This document shows, in pieces, positions 56,499 through 64,000 of a stretch of DNA of 64,000 nt; within the stretch, counting starts at the first letter, position 1; each line of letters starts with the position of its first letter. Made by a program: the position numbers and the translations under genes. The stretch is from Octopus sinensis (lineage: Eukaryota), in assembly GCF_006345805.1 (NCBI RefSeq), contig NC_043003.1, positions 73,780,001 through 73,844,000 of the forward strand, in the 5' to 3' direction. A model generated the notes under the pieces. It was not told where the DNA came from. It ran no database searches and was given only the letters and a program-made list of their open reading frames with translations.

Positions 56499-57418
56499 AA
56501 CTCATCTATATATATGTGTAGAAAAACTGAGAAACAGGTGTCAGTAATGTATTTATCTGAGTTGTATACACAAATTACATGATGTAATACATGTTTCATC
56601 TTTGCACCTGTTTCAGTTAATCCATCACTTGTTGATAAACCATACACATTGTGAAATAAAGTCTGATATTATGTTGATATAATATATATAACTAGCTACA
56701 GGTTTTGTAAATAAAGCAGAGAGAAATAATGGTTGATTTGTAATTATACACACATACATACTCGCATGTATATGTATTTGTATATATATATATATGTACA
56801 AATTCATATAAATTATCATTATCTTTAAAACCATAATGATAAAGTGGCCAGGAGTGAGAATGTGCAAATATACTAAAACACAAAAGTCGTCGCTACTTGT
56901 AAGGCTACAAAATGGTGGGTAGATATCCCAGTATCAATTGATTTCGTTTTCTCTGCCGAAGTGGCACTTAATGCTCATTAGCTACGCTTATTACTTAAAA
57001 TATTAAAAAAAATTATATTTACCTTTCCGTGTGCATCTATTCCGCGACTTCCAACCAAATGAATATAGTGAGCAAGTATAAATTCAAAATTCAAATAAGA
57101 TATCATTATCTTTAAAAAAATAGTGATAAAGTGGTGAGCAAATATAATCCAAATAGGCAAAATACAATATGCACCAATCTGCTAGACAGAAGAGTTAAGA
57201 TTCTCCTAAGCCACACATATCTCACTATATGCGTTTTTCAGTGCATATGCCTCATTCTCTCTGCGTGTTTACATATAGTAAGAGATGCGTGGTTTTGGAG
57301 AGTTTTAACTCTTCTTTCTAGCAGACAGGTACGTATTGAACACCGACTTTTAATATATATTTTGTATATCTATATGTGTATAGAAATATACATACATACA
57401 TACATACAAACACACACA

Positions 57419-57449
<31 letters not shown>

Positions 57450-58385
57450 CATACAAACTCATCTATATATATGTGTAGAAAAACTGAGAAACAGGTGTCA
57501 GTAATGTATTTATCTGAGTTGTATACACAAATTACATGATGTAATACATGTTTCATCTTTGCACCTGTTTCAGTTAATCCATCACTTGTTGATAAACCAT
57601 ACACATTGTGAATAAAGTCTGATATTATGTTGATATAATATATATAACTAGCTACAGGTTTTGTAAATAAAGCAGAGAGAAATAATGGTTGATTTGTAAT
57701 TATACACACATACATACTCGCATGTATATGTATTTGTATATATATATATATGTACAAATTCATATAAATTATCATTATCTTTAAAACCATAATGATAAAG
57801 TGGCCAGGAGTGAGAATGTGCAAATATACTAAAACACAAAAGTCGTCGCTACTTGTAAGGCTACAAAATGGTGGGTAGATATCCCAGTATCAATTGATTT
57901 CGTTTTCTCTGCCGAAGTGGCACTTAATGCTCATTAGCTACGCTTATTACTTAAAATATTAAAAAAAATTATATTTACCTTTCCGTGTGCATCTATTCCG
58001 CGACTTCCAACCAAATGAATATTAGTGAGCAAGTATAAATTCAAAATTCAAATAAGATATCATTATCTTTAAAAAAATAGTGATAAAGTGGTGAGCAAAT
58101 ATAATCCAAATAGGCAAAATACAATATGCACCAATCTGCTAGACAGAAGAGTTAAGATTCTCCTAAGCCACACATATCTCACTATATGCGTTTTTCAGTG
58201 CATATGCCTCATTCTCTCTGCGTGTTTACATATAGTAAGAGATGCGTGGTTTTGGAGAGTTTTAACTCTTCTTTCTAGCAGACAGGTACGTATTGAACAC
58301 CGACTTTTAATATATATTTTGTATATCTATATGTGTATAGAAATATACATACATACATACATACAAACACACACACACACACACA
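56455..58385. repeat. Tandem duplication of a 957-bp unit bounded by (CA)n tracts
   Basis: 56490-57410 is nearly identical to 57447-58367; the only differences I noticed outside the CA tracts are two 1-bp indels (about 57610 and about 58024). Confidence 0.93.
57163..57338. repeat. Imperfect 175-bp hairpin/MITE (duplicated at 58120-58295)
   Basis: About 70-bp arms: gctagacagaagagttaagattctcc...actatatg vs catatagt...ggagagttttaactcttctttctagc. Confidence 0.7.
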
Positions 58386-58424
58386 TATATATAGATATGT
58401 GTATATGTATATCCTTATGTATAT

Positions 58425-58677
58425 TCTTTTATTCATTTACTTCTTGCAGTCGTCTGACTGCGGCCATGATGGAGCAGCGCCTTTTGTCGAACAAATCGCC
58501 CCCAGGAATTATTCTTTGTAAGTCTAGTACTTCTGTCTATTTTACCAAACCTTTAGTTTGCGGTGATGTAAACACACCAGCAGCAGTTGTGAGGCGATGA
58601 TGGTGGGACAAACGCACACATACACACGCATATATATATATATATATATGCACATATATATATATTATATATATAAC

Positions 58678-58750
<73 letters not shown>

Positions 58751-59420
58751 ATATATGTGTGTGTGTATATATATATATGTATATAAATATCTATATATGA
58801 AGTTATGTATATATATATTTCTATATATATCGAAGGAGCAACACTGTCTCTACGGCTCCATAATTTGAGATGACTAAACATGGACTGCTATTGGAACTTA
58901 CATACTATGAGCAGGACAGTTTTTTACCACTTCTATACACAATGTTACACGAATAATGGAACTGAAACTACAATATCTTTATATATCTTATTTCTACTTT
59001 CATTCCCCTATTTCCCTTTATATTCCTTGTCATTTCCTTTTCCGCAATAAGTCGAACTCAAATATTTATTTTCTCACACCCTCTCTGATGAAGGGATATC
59101 CATAATATCCCATAACTGAAAATCTATTTCATTATAGATGTCCTGAAAAGACCTAAAACCCTTAGCTTTGTTATCTCATTCTGTCTAATACATACATACA
59201 TACATACATACATACATACATAAAAAATACACGCACATATATATATATATATATATACACGACGGACTTCTTTCAGTTTCCGTCTACCTAATCCACTCAC
59301 AATTTTTTGCTCGACCCGAGAATATAGGAGGCACTTGCCTATGGCGCCAAGCACTAGGGCTGAACCCGGAACCATGTGTATGGGAAGCTACTTTCGTACC
59401 ACACAGCCACGCCTGCGCCT
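58425..59420 (-). mobile_element. SINE family A split in its internal (TA)n by a ~370-bp insertion
   Basis: 3' half at 58425-58620 and 5' half (tRNA head) at 59255-59420, separated by (TA)n and unique sequence 58830-59200. Confidence 0.7.
58830..59200 (+). mobile_element. Penelope pLTR-like relic with decayed hammerhead
   Basis: CTGATGA (59085-59091) followed by stem GGGATAT/ATATCCC, but the GAAA motif is degraded (ataac); flanked by (TA)n and (ATAC)n. Confidence 0.4.
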
Positions 59421-59530
59421 CTCTCTCCTCTCTATATCTCGTCTCTCGTCTCCCTCTCTATATATATATATGTTTGTAGTTATGTATATGTATATATATA
59501 CATATACATATATATATGTATATATATATC

Positions 59531-59562
<32 letters not shown>

Positions 59563-59613
59563 ATATATATATGCATATATATGTATACGTTTATATAGAT
59601 ATATATGTATATG

Positions 59614-59658
<45 letters not shown>

Positions 59659-59699
59659 GTGTGTGTGTGAGTGTGTGTCTGTGTGTGTGTGTGTGTATG

Positions 59700-59885
59700 T
59701 TTATTTATTCGTTTGCTTTTTTCAGTCATTTGACTGTGACCATACTGCCGCAAGGCCTAAAGTTGCTTTTAGTTGAGCAAACCCCAGTATTTAATCTGTC
59801 ATTTTTGTACGGGAACATAAACACACCTAGAATCGGTTGTCAAGCGATGGCAAAGGGACATGCGCAGACATGTTCACATACACAC
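59700..59885 (-). mobile_element. SINE family A 3' half
   Basis: ttttcagtcatttgactgtgaccatactg...cggttgtcaagcgatgg matches 45215-45370. Confidence 0.7.
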
Positions 59886-60282
59886 ACACACAGATACATA
59901 CATGATACATACATACACACATACATACATACATACATACATACATACATACATACATACATAAATGCATGCATACATACGTACATATCAAATATATACG
60001 TATATATAATCGGATTAGAGTTTGTGTTAATTTCATGAAGGGATTGGATCATCGAAGGAGAAACTGGTTCAATACCTAGTACTTTTTGGGAATTAATTTC
60101 CTTCAAAATAATAGAATATAGTTTAAATTCGTATAAAAGAAGAAAAAGAAAAAGGGATATTGGGAAGTGGATAATAAACAATTATTAGTTTCCCAATCTC
60201 CATTTTCTTTTACCAAATCCACTCTATAGGATTTGGTAGGTCCGAAGCTATAGTAGAAGACACTGGGCCAAGGTGCCATAGA

Positions 60283-60536
<254 letters not shown>

Positions 60537-61264
60537 CTGAAACCAAACATATCCACAAATATATTTGCCTGCACACGAAGACAAAGTTATTTAACACACG
60601 CATTTACATACTCGCGTACAGTCTGATGTGAATGGTCATAATTATATTTATGCAGAATAATAATCGAAACATTTGAAGTTCTATCCATATAGTTTCTATT
60701 AACATCTAGGTTCAAATAGAATCACTATCGTAAACCAGATTTTCTCTTCCTTCTTCGGACCGATATAATTTCGGAGAAGATAGAGTTATAATGTATTAGT
60801 TATCTCCAAGATCGCATTGATAACTTGTTGTGTGATGAGATATTTGTGAACCCATATCTGTAGTATCAACGCCAGATTGTCGATGGTGAGTGTTTCTTTG
60901 ATCTCTATAAATGTGTAGCAGATAAAATGGCTTCATATAGAAGAATGCATATCAAGTATTGAATTAAATAATTGAATGATGAGGATGTTTAAAGTTGATA
61001 ATTTGTAGGAGGACGAATGCACGTTCATATCTAATTTTTACTGTACTCTTTGGTTATTGCATCATTATTAAGTCTGCATGGTCAAATATATTCAGCTGTG
61101 TTCTACCCAGCCATGCCCATCTCACATTTATTTTTTCTTTGTAAGCATGACGTTTCTAGATCTGCATCATTCAATATATCATTACATCTCTATAGATGAG
61201 TGTAATCGGAAGAAATCTTGGCTGCCATTTCCAACCGTATGAATAATCACATACAGGCTAGCAT

Positions 61265-61690
61265 GTATAGTAGTAGTAGTTCTTGTTGTCGTTTTATTTT
61301 TTTTTCGTTCTTCGACATAACTCAGACCAAACAACAAGTCATGACCACATTCGCTATAATGACTGTATATATAGAACCATATCATACAACCTGTTCTTCC
61401 TTCTGTGACATCGCAGTATGTTATTTGGATACAATTTGATAGCTTTTTTTTCTGTCAGGTTGTATTACCAATTAATTGTAGTAGTAGTAGTAGTTGTTGT
61501 TGTTGTTGTTGTTGTTGTTATTTCATTCTTGTTTTGCGACATAACTCAGACCAAATCAAAAGACATAACACAGTTGCTCTAATGATAGTATATATAGAAC
61601 TATATCATGCAACATCTTCATTATTTTGCGACATCGTAATATGTTATTTGGATGAAGTTTGGTAGCTTTTTTCTTTCAGGTTGTATGACC
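61265..61690. repeat. Old tandem duplication of a ~210-bp unit
   Basis: cgacataactcagaccaaa, tatgttatttggat and tcaggttgtat occur in both units, each preceded by (GTA)n. Confidence 0.75.
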
Positions 61691-63079
61691 AGTTAGTGTT
61701 TCTATTTTCTCTTATTTCTAAGGAAGATGTTGCAGGGCGGTATATTCTACTTTAATTGGACAGGTTTCATTCTCCGAATATTTCATAAATTTCCACAGAC
61801 ATCCAGCTTCAGAGCAAGAACTTTGTCACACAGATTTACCAAATTTTCCAAGTCTATTTTAATACATTTTCTTCTCTACATTCTGCAACAACGAAATCTA
61901 ACTGAATTTACAAATCACAGTAAGAATGACTTCGTAGCTGTTAGAGTACTAGAAATATTAAAATATTTGTAATTTTACTTTCAAGTTGTGTTGGCGATAA
62001 CAGACGTATATTTGAATAAGTGTTTCCCTTTATAATCTTTATGAAAGTTAAGGTTTCAGACAGAATAACTTGAAGTATATGTTCTGATTCTTGAGCTGCA
62101 ACTCAAAAGAAGTCAACTTTATATTTTATACTTGTTAGGTGATAAAATAAGGTAGCGCTTGAAATTGGGATTAATAAAATTAACGGTTACTATGATTGAA
62201 ATTTGAAACCATTTTATATAAGATATTGTGTTTATAATTTAGGAATGTAATTCTCAGAAGTAGAGTGATTAAGAAGTATTCCAGCATTTCCAGTTTCAAA
62301 GCTTGCGTAACAATAAGCTTTGTTTTCTCAACTGTCGATTTTTGCTTAGAAAAGTGTACAAAAAAGTGTACAATAATATTACAGTATCAACACCGTAAAT
62401 ATGAATCATTAAGAAAAAGTTGAATTCGTCGCGAATTGAAATTAAGATAGAAAACCTGAACAAAATACTTTAAGGTTTTAGGCAAAAAAACATTTAATCC
62501 AAGCACTAAATTTTCGGCCAATTCTGTTCCTCCCAGTCGTTATATTCTCAATATAACATTATGAAGTGATATGTATCGTATGTACATGCGTATCACCATA
62601 TCTGTGTGACAAACTAAATTGCATTCAAAAACTGTTTTCTGCCTGGTCAATGATATCGAGGAGTATATATAGATATCTCAAAGGCTAAGCGTTATAGTAA
62701 ACAAATTACCATTTTGTTTGAAGTATAGAATCTCACTGTATTGTTTATCAGATATATCCTTTATATTAGTTCATGCTTAGAGATTGTTCGGATTTAATAT
62801 TATGAGTTTGGATCTCTGTTTTTCTTTTCTATGAACATCACGATATATTAGTGAAGAGTCAACAACGATGGAAAGCATAAATATTAATGCTGTTATTGAG
62901 AAAAAAGCTGATATCGAGGACTGGAAGCCATCGGAATTTTGAAACAGAGCTTCCTGTATCATGATGATTCGCGCCGGGTGTCAATATGATGTAGGACGTA
63001 ATATGGCCGTTTGAAACGGAGATACGAAACAATGATCAGCAGGAAGGGACACTGTGGGCATACCAAGATTCGTTCCCAT

Positions 63080-63200
63080 AGTTTTGAAAATGATCTAAGG
63101 CTCAATACAGATGGATGGCTAGGCTATGTGAAGCTACCGGAGACTATAATCAGACCCTGACTGGAGAAGATTGACGCTCGAAAGCAATATGCATGGTAGC
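63080..63200 (+). mobile_element. Possible decayed LINE 3' fragment (RTE/CR1-like)
   Basis: aaatgatctaaggctcaat...gaccctgactggagaagattgacgctcgaa resembles an NDLR.LN...DR..WR C-terminus. Confidence 0.3.
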
Positions 63201-64000
63201 TGTATTGGGACACTTGCCAAAGTATGCAAAGTGGTACATGAGGGTGGCTTATTTGAGTAAAAAATCTACCAGCCATAATCTAGTTGATATGTTAAGATTT
63301 GTTTTGAATACTTTCATCTCTGGATGAGATATTTTACTTTATTTTCCTTTTATGAAAACCGTCCAATTTAGCCCAGCAGCCTGTACATACGACATTGAAT
63401 TTCAAGAAAAATACAGCCGTTGCTTGGAATATACCTTACACTAAATTAAGTATTAAAATCATAGCTTTATTGCTTTGATGTAAAAAGTAATACAATTTGA
63501 TTCTAATATATTCTAAGAGAGGAGGAAAATATATCTTTTAATTCGAATAAACTTTTTATGTGGTATTGTCATCAGAATGCCCAGTGGCCTTTCAGTTTGT
63601 AGACAGCTATTAACATCGGATTATTCTTGTATTTGAAGCAATGAAAAGAATTTCAGGATAAGTCTTTATAATATCATATCTGAGATCCTGGATAAAATTC
63701 CTCTTGTCCTGGCTGGTACCTAGTTGGCTTAAGGCCACTGTAATCAATCACTTCGTAAATTAGCAAATAACTAAGCAGTTAGATGCTATGAATGAGGAGT
63801 GTGGAACAGAGTACCGCTAAAATAAAACGATCCAATGAGCAATTGCTGCCATTCCAATACTTATCTCAGTTCACTCACATTTTCTGGCAAAATCGGTATA
63901 CAGCTTACGGATACACTTTTAAATCTAGTAAATACCAATCATGATTATATATGTAGGTACACACACATTTACACATACATATAGAAATACAGGTATACAA

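Noticed and set aside
62777-62962. ORF with a transmembrane-like stretch
   Set aside because: Short, closed upstream, no splice support and adjacent to decayed repeat sequence.

Overview
This is AT-rich eukaryotic DNA dominated by microsatellites and transposon relics. The SINE families and repeat landscape point to an octopus (coleoid cephalopod) intronic or intergenic region; that assignment is an inference. I recognise no intact host gene, rRNA, tRNA gene or CRISPR array, and most listed ORFs are translations of microsatellites. Identifiable contents: (i) two stacks of R4/Dong-like (RT + restriction-like endonuclease) retrotransposons nested in (TAA)n, at 2.7-9.2 kb (-) and 35.5-40.3 kb (+); (ii) a 5'-truncated Tx1/L1-like LINE; (iii) Helitron helicase relics and two complete non-autonomous Helitrons; (iv) a DD37D (maT) transposon relic and a mariner relic; (v) two tRNA-derived SINE families; (vi) a triple-C2H2 fragment; (vii) a 957-bp tandem duplication. 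The most interesting signal is a set of small non-coding elements carrying type I hammerhead ribozymes, most sitting in (TA)n tracts. A ~430-bp tandem-unit family (33.75-34.4 kb and 43.8-44.3 kb) has a hammerhead supported by compensatory base changes between the two copies. A perfect 149-bp palindrome (45742-45890) holds one complete hammerhead on each strand. Two further families carry decayed cores. Together these look like a cephalopod retrozyme / Penelope pseudo-LTR system. All folds and identities were worked out by eye and need computational confirmation.
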